64,000 nt of DNA from Chrysomallon squamiferum (Eukaryota; Animalia; Mollusca): the NCBI GenBank assembly GCA_012295275.1, contig CM022665.1, positions 22,754,001 through 22,818,000 on the forward strand, in the 5' to 3' direction. Every line of letters begins with the position of its first letter. Position 1 is the first letter of the stretch. The notes beneath the pieces were generated by a model. The model searched no databases, was not told the origin of the DNA, and saw only the letters and a program-made list of their open reading frames with translations. Below, piece by piece: positions 1-14,100 of the stretch. Both the position numbers and the translations under genes were made by a program.

Positions 1-93
1 ATAATTAGACTTTTTTTTTTTCAAGTGTTATGTTTGTCTTATGACTGATCTATATTAATGTTATAATTATTTCTGGTAACTGTTTTGTCTTAC

Positions 94-182
94 ATTTGGA
101 TCTCCTGCATCAGGGTATGCCTTAAGGAACTGAGCAACATATGTCATGATAGATTTGTCATCAGGCTTTTCAACATCAACAT
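94..182 (-). CDS. SYNE1: Nesprin-like exon, end of CH2 ([30 protein letters not shown])
   Basis: ccag|ATGTTG acceptor, AAT|gtaaga donor, 89 nt, phase 1 to 0. Confidence 0.93.
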
Positions 183-956
183 CTGGTAAATACAAATTAA
201 CTACTGATTACACTGTTGTATATAAAAATATATGTATATATATTTATGTGTGTTTTCTTTTTTATTTGTTTGTTTCACATATTTACATACAAATATCAGA
301 TCAAAGTATTAGTATATTCAAAGATATGCACACTGAAATCTGTTAACAAATTGTTTTTGATATCTTCACTGATTTTGTTCCGATAATTTAGGTTTCTGCA
401 TTAGGTTGTTTTTACTTTGTTTTTTTAAATTATGTTTTCATATTTCTAACACAATGCTAAACTTCGTACCCTCTGGATCAAGTAGTCTGGCAATTCCCAG
501 ATGATCCTCAGCAGTGGAGAATGCATGCTCAAGGTTGACTTTAGCAGTCTGTTTGCGAATGACATCCATGTCAACAAGATCAGGACGTATGTTGTGAATC
601 ATTGCATTGAAGGCTAAACCATCTCGCCAACTCTTTGCAAAATCTTTCACTTGAATATTATATTTTCTGCAATTAATTTATTAGAAATAAAAATAATTGT
701 GATTTTATTTTATTACACAAGTATGGTTAAATCACCTCCTTTATGATATTCTTATCAATATTTATCAAAAACGTAATGGCAGATACAAAAACAAATTAAT
801 AAGATAGTCAAATACACTGTTAACAGTTTGCTGTTAGATGATATAGTTTTTTAAGGAGTGAAAAAGTTTAAGAATGAAAATGCAGGATACAAAATAAAAA
901 ATAAATAAATAAATAGATAAATAAACCAACAAACATTCATTTTTTTTCTTCCTATT

Positions 957-993
<37 letters not shown>

Positions 994-2098
994 AATTAGT
1001 GTGGTTAAAGGTACATCAGTAATATCATTTTATAACCATTTATGAATAATACATGACATGAATTACAAGTTCAACAATATTACTCACTGTTGGAAAAAAG
1101 ATACTTAAAATAATAATTTATAGTTTTTCCTTTTCAGTGATCTTACTTGGCAAGGACGTTGCCTGCCCAGGCTAACAAACTTTGTTTGGGTAGGGCTTGT
1201 TTCTTCTTGCTGGATGGCCCTTCTCCATCCATGTCTGGCACATTTGGAACATTAGAGATTGTCTCTTCAATCTAGAAGAAATGAAACAAAATCTTACTAA
1301 CAGTAACAGAACATTTTTTTCTTTTCTTTTTGGTTTGTAGTTGGGTTTTTTTGTGCTAGAATTTTATTATCTGGAGCATATTATATGAAATATGTCTCCT
1401 GAAAATAATTAATAATATTTTAGATGTTATAAAATATGAATAAAACAAGTAAAACTAGAACAGATCCACAATAAACATGATTAGTAACAAAAAGAAAATC
1501 ATTTCACATGTCTTTTTTTTATTTTGGATGGATTACTGTTTTTCATAGACACAAATAAGATTAATAAATAAATATTTGGATACTGTTCTAATTCTTTTTT
1601 TAAAATTATTTTCACCATAATTATATAAATATAGGACAAGAAACAACAACAAGCAGCTTGGATTTCATGCTCTTTAAAAGCTTGTACAATGAAACTAAAT
1701 TCAGACTTGCAATTAGGGACTGTGACATGAAGCTCACATCAAATTTAGTCAAAGAAAATCACTTTATTATTTTGAATCAAGACACTCTTTTAGTATATAT
1801 TCAATAGATGTTGTTATCATGAAATTAACTGGTTTATTATTTGTATTTATTTATTATTTTTATTACTATTATTATTTTTAAAAATATGAATATAATTTGT
1901 CAGTAACTAAAAACAATATTTTAAATTTCTGTAACCAAAATATTCTCTCTGTTCAAAACTGCATAAAAATAACTAATGAATCCTAAATGTTAAGGTTAAT
2001 ATTGATAATAGGAACATTTCAACTTCAGGGAGTTTTTTATGGGGTTTTTTGTTTGTTTGTTTGTGTTGTTTTTGTTGTTTTGTTTTTTTTGGATGTGG

Positions 2099-2129
<31 letters not shown>

Positions 2130-5100
2130 ATTTTAAATTTAAATGTTGGTTGATAAAATGACTCTAATTCTAAAAAATAAACAAAATTATTTATAATCAT
2201 TACACCATGTTTGATTTCTGTTACAGTTATGTCCAATATTTTATAACTTATAAAATATTTAACATGCTCCAATGCAATTATATAATTACATAATGCTTTA
2301 CCTATAATAAGCACACACACACTATACAAAAAAACATTAATTACATATTAACAATAAACTTCCTTAGTAATATGTAATGTTCTAATAAAGATAAACATGC
2401 AATATTATTTAGACTATTCCAACCAGAGGCTAATATTTTTTTATGTATCATGATTATAATACCTCTGCAGACTATGCTTTTTCTTGTTGTTTAAGATTTT
2501 TTTAAATGTATCTCTTCTAGAGTTGATTCAGGTAATTTCTCACATTAATAAATTTTGTTAGCAAATAAAATAAATTAAAAGTAATAAAAACAATAATACA
2601 ATGAAACCTGTCAAAACTAAAATATCAAAGATTTGAATATTGAGTGGGTATGTCTGGGTGTGTCTAGGTTTGCATTTTGGTTTCTATATCATAACTGTAA
2701 TGGAGTTATCTCCCTTACCAGAATACAAACATTGTTAAACAGAATATACCAAAAGAGGAATCTGAACTAGATTCATGTTATTAAAAACATTATTGTTTCC
2801 ACATATTTCTCTAGCCAAAACATTGTTGTTGTTTTGGTTTTATTAGAATAAATAAATAAATTAAAAAGTTTAAAAACATTATTAGTCATTATTTATTTTT
2901 TTAAATAAAAGTATTTTAAAATAAAAACTAAAACAGATCGAGACACAGAATTGAAAAAAGTTAGTGTTTGCAATGTCATTTCATCATCAACATATCTGGT
3001 GTGAGTTTTACTTTTAAGGTCAGTGACAGTTTATGATTTACTGTATTATGTATTTTTGTTGAAATGTGTGAAAAATAACTGAGGTTTTTAAAATTATTAT
3101 TAAAGGCTATTAAGGTAAATAAACGAAGGTGAATTTGGTTATATTTATAGAAAATTTAACTTAGGACCCTAGAAATATTTATTTTTATACAAATCATATA
3201 ATTGAAAATAATACCTATAATATCTACTATGTACTTAAAGTTTGATTAAATTCTGATAAAATATAAAATAAACAGATATGACGTACCAAATTACCTGTAG
3301 AAAATGAAATACTGTCCCAAACTCTACAAATGATATCTGATTCATCAAGTGAAAGTTTTATGCTAATTTACGAAGTATAAAGAATTAACCTGAATCAACT
3401 CTATTATGACAGGGAAGCAAATAAAAACATATACCCATATTGATTAAAATATGTATGCACAATATGCAGCATTATCTCTTTCTGATATTTTCACAGTCCA
3501 CTAAAGACAAATGCATACCAATTATTTCAAATCAGTGTAAACAACAACAGACTGAAGATTTATTATTCAGGCAACTGTTAACCTTCAGACTGGATCAATC
3601 CTATTACATAATGACAATTAATGGCCTAAGTGAAAAATAAATATTAACATTTTTCTCTTAAATAAGCTTTCTGGTCTTAGAACAAAAGCAGATGATAGAA
3701 ATTTTACTGAAATGAAAAATCTAAAAAGTTGACAAATGCATGAATAATTGAAAAATTAACAAATTAAGTAATATTAAATGCATATTCATTTTCTTTTATT
3801 ACAGTATTTTGGGTGCATAAAAATATGGTTCTTAAAGTTATAAAATGGTATGTTACAAATTCTTTTAAATTTGTTTTTTTATTATTAAATTGCCATTATA
3901 TTGCCATTATTTCACAAAGTCTGTACCACATGCCACTAAGGACAACTCACCTCACTATGGTCAAACATATGCTGTACCTATAATCACATAGTGCAATTAT
4001 TCTAAAACATTCTTTAATTTCAAAGTAGGATATCCTTACATATATAAGTTGTAATCAATGGGTTCAATTGTTTTTATTATCACTACATTAATTAATACAA
4101 ATACATCCTTTTTTGCAGAAGAAAAAAAAAAACCCAAAACAAAACATTGTTAGTTTTGGTTGTTTATAGGTTACATAAGAATTAGCACATAGTGGCTGTT
4201 AGTATATACACACATACTGAATTCTCTGCATAAATGAATATAATTATGATTAAGTGATCTGCAGCAAAATATAAAACAGCTGAAGTTTATTTTGGTGCTG
4301 GAGTGTCTTTAAATATTCATTTATTTATTCATTCATTCAAAATATATGAATAGGTAAAGTACAGAAGAAATATAGTGATCTGTTTAATTTAATTTTATAT
4401 ATAAACAAAACAGCTTTTACATGATTCAGTGGATTTCTAAGTTTTTGCAAACAAATCCTATTCTTCCTTTCTCATAAATGGATTGTGTTTATATGCAAGA
4501 ATTATTTCAGCTCTATGTGTACTAGACTTTTAAATAGTACAATTTTTATACTTGCTGCACATTTTCTTAGCTGAAATATGTTATTATTCAAAGCACAACA
4601 TATGCAGAGACTGTTTGTTTAGCTATAATAACTCTAGACATTCCAAACTAAATGTATGCAAAAAAAATACACCAATAATTTTAATACAGCATATTAATCT
4701 TTTACAGAAGCAATTTCTAGATTTTTTTGAATAAATATTAAATCATCAGTTACAGATAATACTTTAAAAAATAAAGATCTTTCTTTTTCTTTTTTTAAAT
4801 TTAAATGTCTTTCTAAAATACTTAAAATAGTTTTAAAAAACCACAGCAAATAAAAAACAAACAAAAAAAATCGGTTAAACTCAAGCAACATTATAGACCA
4901 AAATAACAGAACCATTCAACTTACTTGGAAGTAAAGAATAATAGTCCAGATGAGGCCAAGAACAATAGATGGTTTGCCATCACAGATATCTGCAGCATTG
5001 ATATTCACCATTTTAATCTGCAAGAAATAATTATATATATATACAAGTCACCAGTATAAGTCACAAATCTGTTCATTCTCACATCCATAAGACATCCTAT

Positions 5101-8100
5101 ATATGCACACAACACACAAACACCCAACATATATAAACTGTTAATAAACAAATGTCTTAAAATAATAATTTTAAAGAATTTATATGCATACCTTTTTCTT
5201 TTCCAAAAACCCCAAAGCTGTTGACATGTTACTGAGATGGTGTGGTCGTTGGAGCTTTGAACCTTTTTCCATGGGCTGAAAATAAATAAGAATTAAGAAA
5301 TTGTGATTATAATAAAAACACCTATAATTACAGTAATATATATTCTGTAAAAAAAAATATTTATTATTATTGTAGAATATTACTCATTGTATAGTTGATA
5401 TTATAGTGTTACAGAAATATTTTGCAACAAATAAATGCTGCCATTTGTAAATTATAATTAAGATCAAATAATTCTCGATATGCTGTTCTGAATAAATAAG
5501 AAATATGCTTATTATGCAGCCCACTAAACTGAACTGAATTTGCTCATATAAGCAAAAAATATTTGATTGATTGGTGAAATATTTCATATGATTATTTTCT
5601 GCAGTTTAGAACAGGTATTAATCAGTTATTTGTCCGCTTTCCTTTAACTATTTATAAAAACCTACTGTCTATTTGTGAAGCCTATTATGTTGTGATATAA
5701 ATTTTATTAATCCCTTTAAGTAGTATAAGCTAATGGACTTAGCCAGGTATATTAATGAATAATAATAATAAAACATGCAAATGTTTAGACATGTTTTTCA
5801 TTTTGTGTGTTTGTGTATATCACAACTGATTCATATAAATGGTTCATCAAATTTTTGAAATTTTAAGTTGGTCTACACTGAAATATAAACAACATTTAAT
5901 ATCAAAACTATCAGAATCTATGAGACATGGACCCACTTTACCTTAACAACTATCGAAGTAACTTTGTGAAATACAATCACATTACAAATACAGATGATTT
6001 TATCACTTCAATTAATGTATTCAATTTACTTAATATCAGAGTACCTGCTTTTTTTTCAAACTGTCATGTTTAAATTAATAGAGGTGTAAATAGAGGTGTT
6101 AAAAAAAATCAAAATGAATATCAAACACACTTTCTGAGCATGACCTTTTTTTTTTTAAAATAAATAAAATAAAAAAAGTTGTGTAAAACATCTTATAAAC
6201 TGGGCAGTTAAACTTTGTTCTCAACACGTACATATTTGCACAATAACAGATCAATGAAACATTAGTGCTAAGATTATTGAAAAAGTATTATTACAATCAG
6301 TTTCATCTGTTGTTATTTAATAATAAAATTGTTATTTCATTAAAAAGATGGGAGCAGAATTAAATATAGGAACATATAATTTTATTCAGGAAACAGTAAG
6401 TTCTCTAACATGGCATATTATGATGATAACACACACACACACACTCACAGAAAATAATAAAAAAGATATATAACTAAAATATTAACATGATTTTATTGGG
6501 AGCTTGTGTTCAGTGTACTCATTTCAAAAGTATATGGTAATTATTATATGATATATTACATGGATTACAGGATTATAAGGTAAAACCAATATCAATGAAT
6601 CAATAAGGTTAAGTCAGGTGTTGTGTCCAAAGGTCATGTTCTTGCATGTTATTAAATCTGAACAACAACTAAGTAACTACCCTGACTCTGAAGTAGCCAC
6701 TCTTTGCACAATAACAGATCAATGAATCAATTAATTGCATTCTGATTAATCTTTGATACTTTATCAATATAAATCTTATTAGTATCAATATTTACTATGA
6801 ATGTAACAGGTATGCTGAAGCAGAATACATCTGTCACTAAACTCATTAGAATATACCTGTGCCTACATACAGATGTATGGTTATGTAGATATACAGACAA
6901 ACTGCATACATATATGTGTGTGTGTATTTGTGTGTGTGTGCATGTGTGTGTGTTTGTGTATACATGGATGTAGACCTCTATACATTCCTCCTGAAAGTAA
7001 TACGTAATTCTACATCAGAAATTAACTTTTAGTTTTTGAAGTAAATTGGAAATAAATGTGTTAAAAACAACAAATGAAAACCATTTTGTGATAAACTGTT
7101 TTTATCTTTCATAATCATGAACAGAACAGAATAAAAAACAAACAACTGAAACATAAATGACAAGGTCAATCCATCTTAAGGGTCTTATTTTATATTAAAA
7201 TATGTGAAATTAATTGTTTGATAATCTTTTTTATTTTTATTTTTATTGTGTTAGTTTTTTATATATTTGTTTTGTTATTTCTTTACATTTAATTCAGTAG
7301 TTTGTGTATTTTCTCAAATCTATATTTATCCCAACTGTTTTATTAATACTTATAATGGAAATAAAACTAGACTTTTGTCATTTATTTATTTATAAATACA
7401 AATTTTTAAATACTCTGTTTATAAGAAGGTTTTACTAGTTCCATTTAAATTAAAATGAATGACTCAGTCTCCAAGGTGACTGTGTCAAAAGTACACAAGT
7501 GTTCATGCAGATAAAACAAATATACATATCGAACTACCAAAATGTATTGAATATTTTGACATGTGGCTTAACCTGATAATTCATGGAAGGCCAAATTGCT
7601 TAGTGACACTATCAGATCCTACATACAGCTGTGGTCCACCTTATCTGAGTATTTATGTCCAAGTCATTAATACTCAGTTACCTATAGTGAGCTTGGCTTT
7701 ACCATTTTTTAATCTATTCAGATTTAAATCTATGTTTGCATACACACGTTTAATGTTTTGTTTGAAGATATGCTGAAGTTAAAGGAAAATACCACATGGT
7801 GATAAAAAAAATAAAAAAACTCCCTAACAGTCCTTCCTAACAGGCTTCACATTATATATACATTTTTGACAATCACCATTGTTTTGGATACCTGCCAAAT
7901 CTATGCACGTAATGACAATAAAATTTCAAAGTGTTCAATTCAAAGTGTTGCATTGTAACTGTTTTAACTATGTTAAATGTCAGAGACAATTCCTGAAATA
8001 TTTCAGAAATCTGTGTTATTTACTAAAATAAATAATGTTAATTCTAGATATTACTTGTACACGTCAGAAAAGAAATCATGTCCAGGCTTGTTGTTAAATA

Positions 8101-11100
8101 GGAGGGACATTTTTGCTTAATCATGAAATATCACAGGATTGATTCTTTACACTGCTCAGAAACAATTAACTCACTAAAAATTTTAATATGCTTTTTTCTT
8201 TTTATCTTTTTATCTTTTTAAAGTTTAGTTACCTTTTAGCTGTATTTGTTTACTTTTTTGTTTATATATACATACAAATTGCATCAAATTAAAAAAAATA
8301 CACATAAACATCCATAAAAAATACCAAGCTCACACTATTTTGTACATATGATTAGAAAGATATGGAAAATTAAGAAGTAATATTAATTGCTTTCTCTAGT
8401 AATTACAGATTGCAAACCAATAATCCCAACATACACCTGACTGGAGCCAATACTCTGTAACAATATTTTAACAGCAGGACAATATGACAAACTCCATTGT
8501 ATGGAATCAATCAATGACTTTCTACACAGTGCAAGCTTTGCTGCAGTTAATAAAAAAAAGTTGACATAACTTTTCAATTCATTACACAGATACATGTTCC
8601 ATGTCATTTTATTAAGACCACTCTAGGATAAAAATCTGCAGTACAACTTTTTATGTATTTATTTATTACTCTATTATTTATGTATTTATTTTCTTCTTTT
8701 CATTCATTTTTCTTCTTTTCAAAATGGTTTACCCTGAATAATCTTGGAAAGTAAGATACAAAAGTAGTCTTACGAGATTCTTTTCCTGTATTTGAAATAG
8801 ATAATTGCAAATTTATTTTGTTTTTCTATCTGTTTACAATATATCAAATAGTATCATGAATTAAATTTTATGCACATATCTTTATAAAACTTTACTCAAA
8901 TAACTTTACTCAAAAAAACAAAGAGGTAAAAAATTATTTAATTTGTTACTTCTTATAATACTCCGAGATGGAACAAATACTCCATCATGGAACAGATATG
9001 TTAACACATCATGGAATATTTGTTCACATTGTTTTTATGGGTAATGCTATTCAGTATTCCTTTAGTTGAGAGCTGTCTGGGGTTTCTCATGATTGAACAT
9101 ACATATATAAATGAGCAGTATGCTTTATGATGCAGTAATTCAATCAGATTTTACATGAAGCTTTGAACTATAGTATTATTGAGATACAATCATTTAATAT
9201 AACTTCAAAATCATAATTGTAAACAGTAACTTGGAACATCCTAATTCCAAATGGGGCACCCATACAATAAAAGAAAGTGTTTCATGGTCAAAAAAACCCT
9301 AAATTTATTATAAATGTTTAAATAATAAAAAAAAATCCCTATATATTTTGCAGACAATTAATTTGTTAAATGTTAAAAAATTAATTAACACAAATTATTA
9401 ATTTTATTTTTATCAGTATTATTTTCTGTTAAGTAGTAAGCAAATTGCAAAACCCCATGCTAAAACTGGGCTATAATATATAACACCACATTACCATAAA
9501 CATGGTGCCCCATTTAGAACAAGATTTATTCTATGGAACATAAATACCTAATGCTGCTGATAAAAAGTAAAATGCTATGTCAGTATAAAGTTTTTTTTTT
9601 TTTTTAATAATAAAATCCATATTTTAATGAAGTATATAATGTACAATGCTTTTCATATTAATTTAATCTTGTTTTGCACAATTATACTGTCATTGATATA
9701 TGAGGATTTAAATAATTAAAAAAATGCTGTCACAATGCTAGTTGTAATGTTACCCTGTATCAGGCTGTTATTATATTAACTTTGATGTCTATTTTAAAAT
9801 TTTATATATATATATATATAATTGTTGCTAAACTCTCAAAGAAATGGTTTATGTGCTTTCAATCAATTCTATATTGCACTTTAAAGTGCAGATTACAAAT
9901 ATAGTGACATACTTAAACAAAATATATTTTTATATCTCTCCATTTAGTTATTTAATCTCATTCTATAGTAAATCAATTATTTTTATCACTATTATTAAAA
10001 TCCTCAAATATTACTCAGGGATTTAAGAATGAAATATTTCAAAGTGATTTACCAATTTTTCGCCTGAAAGGACTTCAAGCAGGGACAAAAGGACAACTCC
10101 ATCTTTGATTTCTTCAAAAAGATTCTCAACTTTTATTGGTGGCCTCCTCTGTGGTAAAAAAGTTAAAAAAATAAAAAATAAAATAAAATTCATATAATGT
10201 ACATTAAGATAAGTCAGTATCAGTATAATGGCTTTCTCTGCAGTTAAAAACAACAAAGTAATAAAAAAAAAATAAAAAAAAAATAAAAAGTGCATACATA
10301 CAGCACACATTAATATACTTAAAAAAAGATATTCAACATAAATTTTTTTGTTTAATTGTTTCCATGTAAATTCTTTTTTGATGCCAAATATTAAAAATGT
10401 ATTTACATAATTAATTCTTAAAACATTTAAAGTTAATTAAAAAATAATTCAACTGACCAGGATTTATTAGCAAGTAAATGAATCCTGACAGCTATTAATA
10501 AAAACCTTCATATCAAACAAGGTACGCTGATATCAGAATTACACAAGATTCCATCCTATAGTACATTTATAAATAATATGAAACATTAACTAAAATCTGA
10601 AATTATGTTTATTTAAATATTTGCTATATTACAAAATGAACATTCACAGAAGCATATTTAACCATTAAAATAAATATTTTATCTTGACACTATACAAAAG
10701 AAATTAGTATTTTTAAACATTGAATTAATATTTTAAGAGATTACATATATAATACCTGATAACAACTAATATTTAATTACATTCAGCTACTGTTAAACAA
10801 ATATTTAATCATTATTTTGTCAAGAAGCTAGTAATAAAAAGGAAATGAAAAAGAAGATGCTAAGCAGTGTCATAATCAAACAGAAAAATGTCATGAGTCA
10901 TACAGAAATAAATAATTAATTAACTGTTTACAACATATTGATTAAATCTGCCACTGGGATATTAAATGGTTTTACCCAAAGACTCTTTGTTGTATGAGGC
11001 AGAAAAAGGACATTTTTATTTAAGTGTAGATTCAACACATTTTTAATCACACCTGTCTAAGATATAACATAATTATGACAAGATTAAATGATAATCTATT

Positions 11101-14100
11101 CTTTTCTGATTAACTTTAACATATCTTATGTACCACAAATAATTAAATTTATATATTCAATAACTTTATTTATTTATCTATACATCTGCCAGTCAGTTTT
11201 TATATATATATATATGTGTAATACATTACAAATATTATTATTTCATTACTGAAACTGGAGTTTTGGCTAATTAAACAAAATTCATTTCACATTTATTTTG
11301 CAGGTAAAAGGATTAACTAACTACATAGGCTGTTACACAATCTGCTACTGGCATGTCCTTGATATAATATCCTTAAGAAAAAATGTAGATGATATAACAT
11401 ACTTAACAGTGGGTAAGTGTTTACATTAAGTCTTTTTCTGTTATGAAAAAATCAAAGTGTCTTACCATCCATGTGATAGATTAAATGTAAATAGTCTGAG
11501 AATGCAGGACAGTTAATGTAAACAGTTTGGCAATATATATTTACCAGCTTGATATACACAAGACTTTAAAAAGGTTCATGAAATATGCTGCACTGAAATT
11601 TTTCACAATACCTGGGTAACACCCAGCAACAGTCAATTTATTTTTTTGACAGTATGCAATACATTGGCAGAAAAAGGTATGCATATAAAACCAACAGTAA
11701 CACAGCCATAAATGATCAGCACTTTGATGTTGTTAAAAGGCGTAAATGTGAGTCAGTAGTGGATATGCAAACACTGTGTTAAAAGAAGGAAGGAACAGTT
11801 TAGTTACTGACATACTCAAAATATTTTTGATCTAGATTATAATCATACATCTGTTCAACAACTGCACAAGAAAAAGACTTGGGAATCTGCAATGAACTAT
11901 TCTTTTTGCATTATATGCATCTTCCGATAGACAGGGAAACCATGTGCCACAGCCTTTGATAACCAGTTGAGAAAGAATTAACCCTTTAACTTTAAGAACC
12001 AAGAAGCCTGAATATGCAAACAAACATGGCATTCTACCAGCCATCTACCATTTATTTCCCAGTGTCTTTAAAAATGTCATAGAAATTGTTTTCCAGGTAT
12101 TTGTTATTAGATAAATAATTATATATTCTATCAGAGATGAAAAATCAATTTAATGCACCTATTCATTCATTTAATCTCTTTATTAAATATAAATAGCAAT
12201 AACATCATGAAAATCAATACACTGACATATATGCTTAATGGCACTAAAGGTTGCAAATTACTTCTACATTAAACTATCTAAATAATTTGCATTAATAAAT
12301 GCAGTATTAAAATTTCTCTGTTGTTTTTATAACAATTTTCACCTTTGAAACACTATCTTGATTTTATGTCACACAAACTGTGTTCTAAAATTCTAAGATA
12401 CAAGTAATGAAAAATCCTGCATGAGCTTATAAACTATGAACTTACACACATTTCTATAATTAGTTCTATTAAAATAAATTCTCTCTACTACACATTTTTT
12501 GACTGATGAAAATATTTTACTGAGTTTATAACTGCTTGAACAGTATATTTAGTAAAATTTGCTAATACTAACAACAATGACAAATGCTCTACTTATATTT
12601 ATGAAAATGTTAAGACACTTTATAATATAAATACTATGGTCAGTTGATATATCAGCATATCATGTGAATGGATCAAAAAATAGTCTTTGTAGGTTTCTTT
12701 TATCATGTATTTAGTTACCTGGCACAGGTATGTGTTCATCCAGTTTGTAAATGTCTTCTTTTGAACCCGTTCTTGTTCATCTAAAAGAGAAAAAGAAAAT
12801 GCAAAATTAATGCATCAATCCTACACAGTTTAAAATATTAACTATTCTTCCAATTCCAGTAGATTTGATAAATGTGTTTTATGCTCACAGACACACAGAA
12901 ATATAATTTCAAGCAGTATCATTTCCACTGCTTGTAAACTTACTTAATAGTAAATTTATTTTGACACTTGTACTCTTTTCAGTCACTATATATAAAAGCT
13001 TTCACACTTCTGGCCTTAGTAAATAAAAAAAAAATAAAAAAACTACTTATGCAAACAAAATGGAATCTTCAGGATAATTGCCCTTAAGAAAAAAGACAAT
13101 TAGCACATGGTAGTATCATGTAATAGTATATATATTTTGCTATGGTTTTTTCTTTTCCATACACTGACCTGCTATCGACATGATGCTAATGTCCATCCTC
13201 CATTATCATCCATAAAAACAAATTAAACTGATTGTGATTCTGTAGCAGTTCATCTATTTACACTACACATCTGACTGTGACTTAGAGATGCCAACGAAGG
13301 GTGGTGTTATGAACTGTGTAAAAATAAACCTCTGTTTGCTTCAAATACACATGATTTACACATGAAAACCAGTGCAGAGCATGGTACAGCAAGAGTCAAG
13401 GGAATTATACAAATAGGTATGTTGAAACTAAAAATCTCAAAAATATGTATATGTCACTTGAAAACAGATCTTTATTTTTTAATTACTGCTACCAGCTTGT
13501 GATTATTTGTTTAAGTTGTTTAATGGGAATCAGAATATTATTTCGTCACCTTCTAAACTCTCAACAGATGGTTGTGTTTATTACACAGTGGAAACTCCCA
13601 GGTTTTATAGTGCTTGATGAGAAATAAGTGAAGTTTTCTGCAATACAGTTTGGTATATTCAGAAAAGATAATGAGGGATAAAAGTTTGATGTCAGAAAAA
13701 AATATAATTTATTTAACTGTTTTGGAAGTAATAGTTTGTTAAATTTATTTAATTTATATAATTGATGAGCACATAGATAATTTTATGGATGAACAAATTG
13801 ATGAAAGGATGGATGCATGGATGATAAATGGGCAAATAAATTGATGAATTCATAGAAAAACAGATACATTAAAATACATACCTAACTAGATAAGACAGAT
13901 GCTATCTAGTTGTAAGAATTATTCTTTTTTTATACTGTGATCATGGAAACTGACATATAACAGGAACAGCAACCTATAAACAACAATCATATACCAGAGC
14001 TGTATATATGGTACATATATATCATTGAAACCAGCATAAACAGGGTCATGGTGACAGTCATCTGGTGCTAACTGCTATCATAGGCCAAACCAGGCAATAA

